From Styela clava (taxonomy: Eukaryota), in assembly GCF_964204865.1 (NCBI RefSeq), contig NC_135252.1, forward strand, positions 17,484,001 through 17,548,000: a DNA stretch of 64,000 bases, given 5' to 3'. The translations under genes were made by a program, and so were the position numbers. The notes under the pieces are model-generated. The model had not been told where the DNA came from, made no database searches, and saw nothing but the letters and a program-made list of their open reading frames with translations. Of the stretch, positions 11,786 through 23,965 are shown in pieces (within the stretch, counting starts at the first letter, position 1; every line of letters starts with the position of its first letter).

Positions 11786-13576
11786 ATGTCAACAAAATCT
11801 AGAGAAAGTCAAATTACTGATATAAAAGATGATTTGGATTCCTTGTCACCATGCGAAACTTTAAAAAGCAAACCAATTAAAATGTTCTCTGCTGCTGACA
11901 AGTCCGGCTCTACTAGCAGTGAAAATAGCTCTAGCGTCCAACTAGACCAAGGCACAAGAAATAGTGACTCGTTGAAAGCAGCCTTCACTGAAATGGAGAA
12001 TGACATTTTAGAAGCCATAGCCGACTGCAAATTGTCTTTCGTCACCTGCAAAGATGGTTCTGGAATTCAAGCGGTGTTTCCAAAACTAGTGCAGTATAAG
12101 TCAAGTTTATCTTCAATTGTCAAGGATATGAAGAACATTTTATTGGAGACTGATTTGATTAATTTCACACGTCGTTATCAACAATGTATTGAAAATATTA
12201 TACAAGTTTCTGAAACTGCTAGTGCGAAAATATTAGAACTAGATGAACGATCCCAATGTTCTCAATCATATCGCCCAACTTCAAAGCGGCACCGTTCTGC
12301 TCGAACTGTAAGCAGCGTGACATCAACAATGTCTGGGGAAAGCAAAGTTTCAAGCAAAAAAGAATTCTTCGACTTGCAAAAAGATGTGGCAGCAATGGAG
12401 GCTACGAGAGGCATTCGTAAACACCAATTTGATCTTCAGATTCAAAAAGAGATAGCAAAAGAGCAAGAAAAGGAACTTCAGATTCAAAAAGAGATAGCGG
12501 AGAAAAAAGCCAGGGCGCTAGTTTGTCTTCAAGCTGAAGAGGCCGAAAATCCTTTCAGTGTTGATGTGGATCTAATGAAAGGTGCAAATAATTATTTCAA
12601 TCAAAATAATAGTTGTTTTAATGCAAATTCAAAATCATCTCCTATTTTAAATGAGGCCCCAGCGTGCATGATTATTGATCCTCAAATTGGGCTAAATAAT
12701 TCAGATATTTCTAATCATGATCAAATTTCATCCACTGTTGTTGATATTCCCTGCCAAGCATCGAGCTATAGTCCTGTAATCAATCCCCGACCGCCCATTA
12801 CTAATGTTAGTGCTTCCCAAGAGGCCGTTTCCACTGGTATTGTAAATGTTGGTAGCTTTTCCTTGCCACCCCCTAATGTGAATTCATTCCCATCAGTGCC
12901 TACTGTTTCTAATGTATCACAAAATGTTTTTAATGTATCCAGTGTTGCTAGTGCTCCTTTTAACTGTTGTACACAAACCACCACTGTGTCTGCCAATTCA
13001 GGCAGCTTACCAACTCATTGTAATGATAATAATATCTCTGTTCCCACTGTGAATAGTGCTGCTCTTCCTCCACAAACCTGCAATCTTTCCCATGACATGA
13101 CCAATTTAATGAGTAATATTTTATCAGTCCAAAGGGCTCCTGTAGCCAAAGTTAGGGTGTTTGATGGGGATCCATTGCAATATCCACAATGGGAGAGTTC
13201 ATTTAAAAAGCTAGTCGAGCAAAGGTTGCTTGATGACGCAGATAAAATGAATCTGCTTGAACGTCACTTGACAGGTGAACCCAAAAGTATGGTTGAAGGT
13301 TTGTTTTTATTACAATCCGAGAATTCTTATGAAAGAGCTAAAAAGGCCTTAAAAGATCGCTATGGTGATGACAGTGTCATTAGTGTAGCCTTTAGAACAA
13401 AACTGGCATCATGGCCTAAAATTGGTCCAAATGATATAAAAGGCATGTTGGCATTTTCTGATTTCCTTCAGCAAATTGTTGAGGTTAAAAAGGTTGTAGA
13501 GGATTTAAAAATTCTCGATTTTCCCTCAGAGCTATGTGTGTTAATCAAAAGAGTTTTGCCCCCCTTCATTGTTTAA
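11786..13576 (+). pseudogene. gag: BEL/Pao gag, N-terminal part (frameshifted polyprotein segment 1)
   Basis: Coiled-coil region, then the Pao capsid-like motif FDGDPLQYPQWESSF...KMNLLERHLTGEPK...LKDRYG. An extra T near 13572 breaks the reading FIV|NRW. Confidence 0.9.
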
Positions 13577-14861
13577 CAGGTGGAAAGAGTCAGTTTATGT
13601 ATGGAAGTGTAAGTTTAATGTAAACACCTCTGATAACTTGAAGGTAAACTGCCCCAAATACCCTCCATTTGAGGAGTTTGCAAAATTTATTTTAAAGCGT
13701 GCCTCAGTGATGCATTGTCCTGAGATGACAGTTTTTGATGAGAATCTCAACCCGTCCAAGTATAATACTGAGCAAAATAGTAAGTCTAATCATTCGAGAT
13801 ATGGTCATCGAATGAATAAAAATTCCTTTAGCACTAATGTTTCACGAGATAGTTGCTTGCATTGTAATGGGCCTCACAAAATTGGTGATTGTCAAACATT
13901 CTTACGAATTTCTTTGGTAAAAAGAAGGAAACTGTTCTGGGATAATTTTTTATGTTATTCTTGCGGAGTGAAAATGTCCAAGGGTCATAGTGCAAAGTCA
14001 TGCAAAAACGTGGCTTCTTGCAGAAAGTGCAATAAGGGCCATTTGACATGTTTTCATGTTGACAATAAGCCAGAACAGACTGAAAGTAACCAATCTTTCT
14101 GTTCTGAAGTATGCTCAATAGTTGACCAACATGATGGTGTAGACCAATCCATGGTTATCCCAGTATGGGTCAAAGGTAACACTTCAAAAGAAGTGTTATG
14201 TTACTGTCTGCTTGATGGCCAGTCTAATACAAGTTTTATCACAGGTGAGTTGCAACAGCAACTGGGGTTAAAGGGTGTTGACACCCAGATATCATTATTC
14301 ACTATGTCCAGCCGTAATGACTTAATTCGTTGCAAGGTTTTTAAAAATATTCAAGTCTCTAGTTATGATCATAAAGATATTATATCTGTTCCCAGAGCAT
14401 ATACCCGAGATGAGATCCCTGTCAAGAGATCTCAAATTCCCAAATCTGAAGTCCGCAAAAAGTGGAAACATCTAGCTGATGTAGCCAAGCACTTAATGCC
14501 ATATATGCCAGATCTCCCTGTTTCTATGCTTATAGGCAGCAATGCACCAAATGCTATCAGACCTCGAGATATAATAGCCGGCCTAGAAACTGAGCCATAT
14601 GCTCAAAGATCCATACTTGGATGGGGTGTTGTTGGGAAAGTTTGCCATGGTGATAATGATTGCTATGTAAGTCATAGGATGCTAGCATGTGGTGCTACTT
14701 CCAAAGTCGATCCCGGGGAGAAGTTTGTCTTCTCTACTAAAGTAAAAGAAGTATTACTTCCCAATCAGGTGTGTTCGATGTTTAATGCTGATTTTGTTGA
14801 GCACTGTGGCAATCAACAAAATATGTCAGGGTCTAAAAATTCTCTCAGATGGCATCACTAA
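13569..14861 (+). pseudogene. BEL/Pao gag zinc knuckles and aspartic protease (segment 2)
   Basis: CLHCNGPHKIGDC, CYSC...HSAKSC and CRKCNKGHLTCFH knuckles; protease LLDGQSNTSFIT; LGWGVVG. Confidence 0.9.
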
Positions 14862-15153
14862 AAAGGATGGCCATTACAAACTTCCATTACCTTTACGATC
14901 CCAACAAATCAACCTTCCAAATAATTTGCCTCTTGCTCAAAAAAGACTTGGGCAGCTGAAGAAGCGTATGCTTCGAGATCAGAAGTACAAAAATGATTAT
15001 TATAAATTTATGTCGGACATCATTGAGAATTATGCTGAACGGGTGCCTGATGATGAAGTAAGTTTGAGCAATGGTAGTGTGAATTATGTTCTTCATTTGG
15101 GTGTGTATCATCCAAAGAAACCTGATAAAATTCGTGTTGTGTTTGACTGTTAA
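14785..15153 (+). pseudogene. BEL/Pao RT N-terminal part (segment 3)
   Basis: GHYKLPLP, LPNN..LAQKRL and HLGVYHPKKPDKIRVVFDC are typical of BEL pol. Confidence 0.88.
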
Positions 15154-16516
15154 ATATGGTGGTGTGTGTTTGAATGATTATTTGCTTCCTGGGCCTGACC
15201 AGATGAACAGTCTTTTGGGTATTTTGCTCAGATTTCGTATGGAGAGAGTGGCTGTGAAGTGTGATATTAAAGCATTTTTTCATCAATTTTTAGTTGATGA
15301 ACCGCACCGTGATCTGTTACGTTTTTTATGGTGGGATAATAGTGATATGACTGGTAACTTATGCCATTACAAGTTGAAAATTCACCTATTTGGTGCAATT
15401 TCATCACCTGGCTGTGCAAGTTTCGGGTTAAAGCATGCTGCAGATGATGGTGAGTCTTCCTTTGGTAAGGAAGCAGCAGACTTCATTCGTAATGAATTTT
15501 ACGTTGATGATGGTCTGACTTCAAAGCCAAATGCAGAGGATGCTATTGAGTTGATAAAAAATAGCACAAATTTGTGTTCGAGTGCTGGTTTAAATCTCTG
15601 TAAGATAATGTCTAATAGTCGGGAGGTTCTTGAAAGCGTTCCTCAATTGTCTGTGTCTCCTAGTGTGCAGTGTTTGAATCCAAAATCTGATCCCTTACCT
15701 GTTGAAAGAGCTCTGGTTGTGGACTGGTTAGTGGAGAGTGATTGCTTGTGTTTTCGTATTGACTCGAAGGTTACTCCTGTTACAAGGAGGGGAATTCTTT
15801 CCGCAGTCAGTAGTGTGTATGATCCCATAGGTCTGGTAGCACCAGTCATTCTTGAGGGTAAGAAAATCCTCCAAGCCTTGTGCAAGGATTGTTATGACTG
15901 GGACGAACCCATTCCTGAGACTTTCAGGGTTAAATGGGAAAAATGGCAAAAGGATCTTTGTCATTTGGTGAATCTGAGAGTAGATCGTTGCTATAAGCCG
16001 GTAAATTTTGGTAATATCAAGCATGTGGAACTGCATCACTTTTCTGATGCCTCTGAAAGTGGTTATGGCCAGTGTACATACTTACGTCTGGTTAATGATT
16101 GTGGCAAAGCACATTGTGCCCTTGTAATTGGTAAGGCCAGAGTTGCTCCGTTGAAACATGTTACAATTCCCAGGTTGGAATTGACTGCAGCAGTGGTGTC
16201 TGCCAGAATGAGTAATTTGGTTAAAACTGAACTAAAATTGAAAAATGCCACAGAGTTTTTCTGGGTCGATAGTATGGTGGTATTGGGGTATATACAAAAT
16301 GAGAGCAAACGTTTCAATGTTTTTGTGGCTAATAGGGTGCAAACTATCCATAATTTTTCTAGTCCATCATCCTGGCATCATGTACCTACCAAGGCAAACC
16401 CGAGTGATGATGCGAGTCGAGGCTTGCAAGCAGACCAGCTAAATGCTGGTTGTAGGTGGTTGAACGGGCCAGAGTTTTTGTGGTGTGAAGGAAAATTTGT
16501 TCTTAGTAAAGCCTGA
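15086..16516 (+). pseudogene. pol: BEL/Pao reverse transcriptase and RNase H (segment 4)
   Basis: LNDYLLPGPD, DIKAFFHQ, LRFLWW, LFGAISSP, FYVDDG, FSDAS, IPRLEL, WVDS, NPSDDASRG. Confidence 0.92.
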
Positions 16517-18173
16517 ACAGAATGATGAAGTAATTTTAGAAGTGCAGAAGGAGATGAAGGGATGCTCTGTGCATCGAACGATCGCCTTCAAAGCTGACTG
16601 TTCTGGCAAAGATTTTGATATCTCTAGACTTAATATTTTCTCATCCTGGTTTAAAGCAAAACGTGCAGTTGCAAACTGTATTAAGTACAAGTATTTGCTC
16701 AAGAATCCTAAATCTGCCTTTCAGAAAGTTACTTCTGATGACTTGTGCCAGACGGAAAATTTAATTATATTTTCCCTTCAGCGTTCATTTTTTAGTAAAG
16801 ATCTAAGTGTACTAAAGAATTCTGATTGCTCAGATCAAGTCTCATTTAAAAACCGGTTTTCAAGATTAGACCCCTTCCTTGATAACTCTGGCATTGTCAG
16901 AGTTGGGGGACGAATTCGAAACTCTAGAGAGGAGTTTAAGGTAAAACACCCTGTTGTCTTACCTAGAAAAGGTCATGTCACAAGTATTATTATTCACCAT
17001 TTTCATGTCCGTGGTGGCCACATGGGTCGTTATATGACTCTAAATGCTATACGGCAATCTGATTATTGGATTTTGGGAGGCACTTCTGCTGTTTCTCAGC
17101 AAATACATGCTTGTGTTCCTTGTAAAAAAATTAGAAGTAACCCACATGGCCAGAAGATGGCTGACCTGCCAAAAGATAGGTTTGATTTGGACAGTCCGTT
17201 CACATATTGTGGCATGGATATCTTTGGGCATTTTTTTATTAAAGAAAAAAGGTCCATGTTGAAACGATGGGTAATTTTATTCATTTGCTTGTCATCACGA
17301 GCTGTACATCTGGAATCTCTGAATTCTATGAGCACAGACTCTTTTATCAATGCTTTGCGTAGGTTCACTGCTCGAAGAGGCCCTGTGAAACAGCTACGCT
17401 GTGATTGTGGTAGCAATTTCATTGGTGCAAGTAACGAATTAAGAAAGGCTTATAAGGAATTTGATCAAGTCAAGATCAAAAATTTTCTCTTACAGGGTGA
17501 ATGTGACTGGGTCGATTTCAAATTTGGGGTGCCAAATTCGAGTCATATGCAGGGTTTTGTTGAAAGGCAGATACGAACTGTTCGTTCTGCCTTGGAGCCC
17601 CTGTTTTTACAGTTTGGTCACATATTATGCGAAGAATCATTTCGCACTGTGTTAGTGGAGGCCGAGCAGGTTGTTAATTCGAAACCATTGGCGGTTGCTA
17701 ATTTGAGTGATCCTCTGGCACCTGAACCACTGACTCCTAACCACATTTTAACACTCAAGCCCAAGGTTTTGTTGCCACCTCCAGGTAATTTCCAAAAGTC
17801 TGATCAGTATCTTTCAAAACGATGGAGACGTGTACAATATCTTGTTAATGAATTTTGGTACAGGTACCGACGAGAATGCCTTCACCTTTTGCAAGAAAGA
17901 CAGAAATGGGTCTTTCCAAAGAGAAATCTTGCTCTGGGTGATATTGTCCATGTTATTGAGGATGGGTCTCCTAGAAATTCATGGAAATTAGGAAAGGTTG
18001 TTGAGGTTTTCCCCAGTGGTGATGGGCTAGTACGTAAAGTAAGACTTAAGCTTGCCATAAGTTTGTTAACAACCAATGGTAAGCGGGTTGGGGTCACAGC
18101 TTACTTAGACCGGCCTGTACACAAGCTTGTTCTTTTAATTGCCAATGAGGGTTCCAGGTCTGTGGAGGATTGA
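16485..18173 (+). pseudogene. BEL/Pao integrase (segment 5)
   Basis: RVGGRI, HHCC zinc motif (H...GHMG...CVPC), DDE core GMDIFG...RCDCGSNF...VERQIR, PLTPNH, C-terminal RPVHKL. Confidence 0.92.
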
Positions 18174-18387
18174 TTGCATTACACCTTTATTGTGTTAGTA
18201 ACTTGAATTTACTGTGTTAGTAGTTGATTAATTTTATCACTACGTTCTTATTGTGTTAATAATTTTTTGATGTTTTGCTATTTGCATATGTTTTGTGTGT
18301 TTCTATTGAACGTAATTGACGGGTTTACAACTTTTCTCACAATTTGATACCTTTGTAATTTTATAAAGTGCTTTCTGTTTTTCTCGT

Positions 18388-18505
18388 ATGTGGGGTTTCC
18401 CCGACGGTGGAGCCAATCGTTTTGTAACCTTTATAAAGCGTTTTTATATTTTCGCTTGTTATTACTTGTTTGTGGGGTTTCCCCGGCGGTGGAGCCAATC
18501 GTTAT
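18388..18505 (+). repeat. Direct repeat in the BEL 3' untranslated region
   Basis: tgtggggtttccccg(a/g)cggtggagccaatcgtt occurs at ~18389 and ~18471. Confidence 0.8.
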
Positions 18506-18654
18506 GTTTTGACATTATTCAATTTGAAATGCTTAATGGTGCACCGGCGGCGAAGCTTCACTTTGGTTTTCACTGTTGGTTCTTGTTTGTTTTTATTAAA
18601 TAGAAATCAGTCCCCCTTGTACTTCCATACGAGAGGAACTGATTTGGGGAGCCA

Positions 18655-19174
18655 TGCTGCGGTCATGATTCTAAACGGTGACCGCTATTATTGTAACTAA
18701 ACTGGCAACGGTAACTTAGGGCATTGAACCCTGACCATTTTGGTGTTGGCGGGATCTCTTTCGGCGTGAGCCGCTTGGAGGTAGGACGTATAAATTTGTA
18801 TCTTAATCAATCGGGGGACTTTTGGTATTATTAATTAGGACTTTTGGTATTATTAATTAGGACTTTTGGTATTATTAATTAGGCGTAGTTTAAATTTACA
18901 TCATATAATTCTATTTTCCTGTTTCATATAGTTATTATTGGTCCCTCCTGTGTAATAGCACTGTATTTTACCGGATTACTGTTTGACAACTATTTCATCA
19001 TTATTTGGCTAGGCTACTATTTTGACTCAACAATAAACATCTTTGGACAATCGTTTCGAACTTTGAAAGGAACTCAGACAGAACCGCGTCATCAAAAATA
19101 AAGTGCCTGTACGATCTATTTATTCCAATCACCCTAACGAGCACATCGCCATCGTATGGTGCTGAGCCGTTATA
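18655..19174 (+). repeat. 3' LTR (520 bp)
   Basis: TGCTGCGG...CCGTTATA, preceded by a short purine tract GGGGAG(CCA). Contains 3 copies of the 22-bp unit ggacttttggtattattaatta. Confidence 0.95.
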
Positions 19175-19179
19175 CTACG

Positions 19180-19265
19180 AGTCAATATTTTCCTTTTTTG
19201 TTAGTTTTTTTATGTATGTTTATTTTTTTGCATTGATTTCTGGACAATGGAAATAAATATCTGAA
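19180..19265 (+). mobile_element. LINE 3'-tail fragment, right half
   Basis: agtcaatatttt...cattgatttct...gaaataaatatctgaa matches aatcaatgtttt...attgattctt...gaaataaaatatctgaa at ~22107-22189. Confidence 0.65.
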
Positions 19266-19391
19266 CCAATTAGGTTTAACGATGCCTTCAGTGCCTTTCA
19301 AATAGTCGCGCACCTGATAACAGAATTTAACATCTATAATGTATAAATAACCTTTTGTGTGTATCATACTGACATTTATGAGCTTTGTAAC

Positions 19392-19835
19392 CAGTGTTCC
19401 CTCCAAGAAAATATTACACTTCGCAATTGTTTATTTCAGTGAACATGAATATTTTAAGGCTGAGCAGAGTCCCAAATGATTAACACATTTAACCCAAAAA
19501 GCAATTCTTTGTTATCATTTTTTTTTAATGTTTATACACTTTGTCGGTGTTTATTGCTGGCATTGCATGCTTGGCTTTTGAAATAGCTCTTTCCAGATGA
19601 TTCAGCAGAAATCCAGGTACTTGGACGTAACAGATACATGTGTGACTTCACAATAAACAGTGGTAACGAAAATACTAGTGAACATGAAACGGGCATTTTA
19701 GCGATGCGTTTGAAAGTATGGCAAGCCACGCTTTAAAAACGTGATGTTACAGGTGAGCGAGAATGCAATTTCACTGCGCAAATGGTCTGGTGGTAATGCG
19801 CGATGGCGCAGTTGCGCAACTTAGAGGGAGCCTTG
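19392..19835. mobile_element. hAT non-autonomous element (444 bp)
   Basis: TIRs CAGTGTTCCCTC / GAGGGAGCCTTG, GCGCA subterminal repeats, 8-bp TSD tttgtaac/cttgtaac. Confidence 0.75.
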
Positions 19836-20310
19836 CTTGTAACTTTGATTCACTATTTTTCCTTTTTCAACCTCTATTTTTCTTGATTTCGTAGCATATT
19901 TAGATTTGTGGCGCAGTCGTTACCCAGTAATTTTTCAACTGCCTGTAATTCTACCACACGTTGTCATATTCAATCGTAGAGATGCGATTCAGAAGAGATG
20001 TAAAATCTGAAGGAAAAAGAAGTTAATCAAGTTTCTAAGAATCTCATACAAACGGTCGAGAGACTATATCCTCGCATTTTGTGACACATCTGCGAACTAA
20101 ATGTACAAATGGAGACTTAAAGAATTTTTCGAGAAATCATACCGTGTAAAAAAATAGCGGAGAATTGTATATGTACACTTACTGTACTGTACTTGCTTAC
20201 CTAGACTCAAAGCCGTATATTATCATTATTGTACATGGGCATCACTTGATTTGATTAGTTGGCAGAACAGACATAAAAAATGACGCAATAGCGTCATCTA
20301 GCAGTCTCCG

Positions 20311-21273
20311 ATGTTGCCCATTCATCACGGAATTCCTCAAGGTAGTGTGTTAGGTCCTCTTGGTTTCTTAATTTACATAAATGATCTGTCTAACTGCTCC
20401 AATTTCTTGAGCAAATTGTTTGCTGATGATGCTTGCCTGCTCTACAGTGCAAAAGATCCGAGTATTCTCCAAGACAAGGTGAACACTGAAATGAATAAAG
20501 TATATGATTGGATGACTTCCAATAAACTTACTGTGAATATACAAAAATCCAAAGTCATGTTATTCGGCCACAAATCTCTAGCCAGACATGCGAACATCTC
20601 AATCAAAATTACAGGTCTCCCTCTTGAAATTGTTCACTCTTATAAATACCTTGGCCTCACTATTGACAATCAATTAAAATGGAACTTTCATACCAATGAA
20701 TTGCATAAGAAATTGTCAAGATCAGTCGGGATCCTAGGGAAGTTAAGGCATTATGTAAACGACTCGACTCTGCGAACAGTATATTTGGCTCTTTTTCAAT
20801 GTCATATCCAATATGCATTAGCTGCATGGGGTTCCGCTACCAAAACAAACTTGAATAAATTAGAGATTTTACAAAATAGGGCTGTTAGAATTCTCTGTAG
20901 GGCATCTATTCGTTCTAACCTGAATATCCTATACCACAAGACCAGGGTTCTAAAATTGTCCGACATCTATAAACTAGAGATTTCTAAACTTATGCACCAA
21001 TTTAACAACAACCAATTGCCCCCAGCTTTTGCTGACTATTTCGTCATGCTTAGTAACGTGCATGAGCATAATACACGCTCATCGACTAAATCCAATTTAT
21101 TTGTCCCTCGATTTTCATCAAGCAAATGCCAAAACTCCTTGAAATACAGGGGAGTTGTAATTTGGAATAGCATAGGTCAAAGCCTTCGTCATTCATCTTA
21201 TGACACCTTTAAATTTAAATACAAAAAATTCATGCTTTCCCTTTACCATTCTGCTGCCTTTTCATCCAATTAA
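20311..21273 (+). pseudogene. Non-LTR reverse transcriptase, C-terminal fragment
   Basis: GIPQGSVLGP, YINDL, LFADD, YKYLG, LQNRAVR. Lacks the endonuclease and the RT N-terminal domains. Confidence 0.9.
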
Positions 21274-21789
21274 AGTGGATCCAGAACTTTCTTCGCCTTT
21301 GCCAGCTCCACTGTCGACTTGATCCAGTGATCCAGAGTACCTGAAATATATAATTTTGGAATTCATCGTGTAATCAAACAAATATTTTTACCTTTGTATG
21401 TTACATGGACCCAGCCTTACAAAAAGTATTTACTGTATTTTTAATTTCACCCAATATATCAAAGGGCGAGCTTTTGCTAAAATATTGACCTAAATCAAAA
21501 ATTTTAGGTATCATTCTCTTATTAAAGGACAATTGTCCTGCTATATGCATTTACAATCAGTCATGCTTCCAATGCAAAGCTCATATTGTCTTTTCTCACC
21601 ATGACCTCTTTATTACCTTTTTAGTCCTTTTTACCTTTTAGTCCTTTTTAGTGCTGGGTCGTATGACTCAGCATTATTTTATGTTTTGAATTCATCGATG
21701 CGCATCTTAAACACCAGATGTCGCTAATGAGCCTTCTTCTGAATGAATCGTACTGGCGGTTCTTGTAGTGTGGTTATTTACAATTAAAT

Positions 21790-21985
21790 TTATTTCGAAT
21801 CTATTGTCTTTCCATGATTTGTGCATTTTATTTCGGATCTATTGTTGTCTTTCCATGATTTTTGTATTTTTGAAGATAATTTTTCCTTTTTTGTTGTCGA
21901 ATCCACTGTTGTCTTTCCATGATTTGTGTATTTTATTTCGAATCTATTGTTGTATTTCAATGATTTGTGTATTTCTGAAGATAAA
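21790..21985 (+). repeat. Degenerate tandem repeat (~40-bp units) in the LINE 3' UTR
   Basis: Repeated ttatttcgaatctattgttgtctttccatgatttgtgtattt-like units. Confidence 0.75.
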
Positions 21986-23965
21986 TTTTCGTTTTTTTGT
22001 TGTTCTATATGCTTCATTGCTATATTTGCTGCTTTAATACAGCACCAAGGTGTCGCTGACTAGATGACTCATTGAGTCTATTCGCGACCCCGCGTCAATT
22101 GCAATGAATCAATGTTTTTCGTTTTTTCAATTTACTGCGTTTTCTTTTGCCTCATATTGATTCTTGCATGACGAAATAAAATATCTGAATCTGAATCTAT
22201 TACCTATTTACTACTATGAATTGTTTCTTTTTACATATTTTATTCATCTCTGATTGACCCACTGTGTGAATGAGAGGATATCATGTAAGAAGAAACCATG
22301 CATAGTTCATGCACTGTGATGTCATGTAATATAGTCAGTTATATATTGGTAATATTTGAGCCTGATCTATGTTACTAAGATCTTGGTCTCTGGCACCCTT
22401 AATAACATCATTTTAATGTTAAACCATATTCGATTGTAAATTTTTTTTAATTTTTTATCTTTGTACATTTGGCATCGTTATGTCATAAACTGACTGACAT
22501 TAGATTTTTAACAATCTACCTACCTTTGCTTTTTCCATGTTCTGTATGAAGTGGTTAGTTCCACATGAAATTTAATCCTACCTTGATCTTGTAGAATACC
22601 ATTTATTCATTGATCATGTGCCTTCCAGCAATGACATTAAACAACATGATGCGCAACTCCGGCATTTTTGTCCGAAGATCGTATTCGATAGCACGCTCCA
22701 ATGCACATACTTGACGAGACGAAAACGAGCGGATGTGTGCTGCTTTCAAGGCGTAGCACGAATGGTGTTCGTGCCTGCTTTGACAGTTGTTGTCGATTTT
22801 AATGATATTTTTAAAAGTTGGGGTAAAAAGAAATCGGTAAAAGGTAAGGTGAATACTATTGTTGTATATCACACCCGGGCATCGCACTGTTAAGTACATG
22901 TGGGAAAGCCAGCCTTTGTCAAACACTACAAAGTTATTAATTCAGTACGGTACATAGTTGCCCATTTGCCGAAATTACATATTTACTTACTCCTTATGGT
23001 TTCAAATAGTTCATGCACCTCCAGTTAGATTTTTTTAATCAGTGAGGATATATACTCATTGTTGATGGCTGCTCATTGTAACATACTATTACGCATTCAC
23101 TTTTATTTGCGTATTGAATCAAAGTGTTAACAAGTTCACCTAACATTTCACTCATACCGGTCTATATTGTATAGTCTGATTTCTCAAGTATTTGGAGCCA
23201 CGAATGCTTGTAATTTTCTGACTAAACCCTTTTATTAGTTGGTTTATTTTCCAAAATTCAGTAAAATATTTTTTAAATAAAACATGAGATATTGGATTTA
23301 TTAGCTTTTCCATTCTGAATCATATAGACTGCTTTATTTATTCTTAACGAAAATTAATAAATCTCCTCTCTTTCTTCAGATGTGAAAGTTGTGGACAAAC
23401 CTGTCTAAGCATTGTGAGACTCTTGCAGCACAAGAGGCAATAGCAGAAATAGTAAGTATATCAATCAAGAAATTAAGCCGACATAAAGCAAAACTTTCAA
23501 CTATTCGTCTAATCTCAATTTCCTATTATTTATTCACAGGACAACTATAGCAGACGGGGAGATATCAGAAGTCTGGCGACATATCAGTGACAGTGTGATT
23601 CCAAGAAATATAATGCAATTGAAAATAGAAAATTGCAATAGAAAAACAACCTATGGAGGCATGCAAAGACATTTGACCCTCCGGTAGAGTTGTGTATGGC
23701 CCCCACATCCTGCAGGGCTTGAGGAAAATAACTAAAAATTCCAAAGCGTAAGATTGCATAAGCGGTCTTATTTGTAAAAAGGCACAAAACACGCCAGACA
23801 TACTTAAAACAGCTTTGGAAATGAGGATTACGGGTACCTCACTGCACCTGTGTTATATTTGGTTCATCAACTTTTGGTAGTACTATAGAAGAATTCCGGA
23901 AGGGGTATAATCATCATTCATGATAAAATACTATCATATATTTTTTGAACAACTTCAATCTAGAC

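Larger units (their letters stand above)
11078..19174 (+). mobile_element. Full-length BEL/Pao LTR retrotransposon (8.1 kb)
   Basis: Near-identical LTRs, TSD CTACG (11073-11077 and 19175-19179), and gag-PR-RT-RNaseH-IN order with triple Cys-His gag knuckles. Confidence 0.97.
20260..22198 (+). mobile_element. 5'-truncated CR1-group (L2/Crack/Daphne-like) LINE
   Basis: RT C-terminal ORF, ~900-bp 3' UTR, then AATAAA and a (TCTGAA)n tail. 5' boundary approximate. Confidence 0.85.

Noticed and set aside
13550-13580. Programmed gag/pol ribosomal frameshift
   Set aside because: The break falls inside gag, before the zinc knuckles. BEL/Pao elements normally use one ORF, and three other breaks exist.
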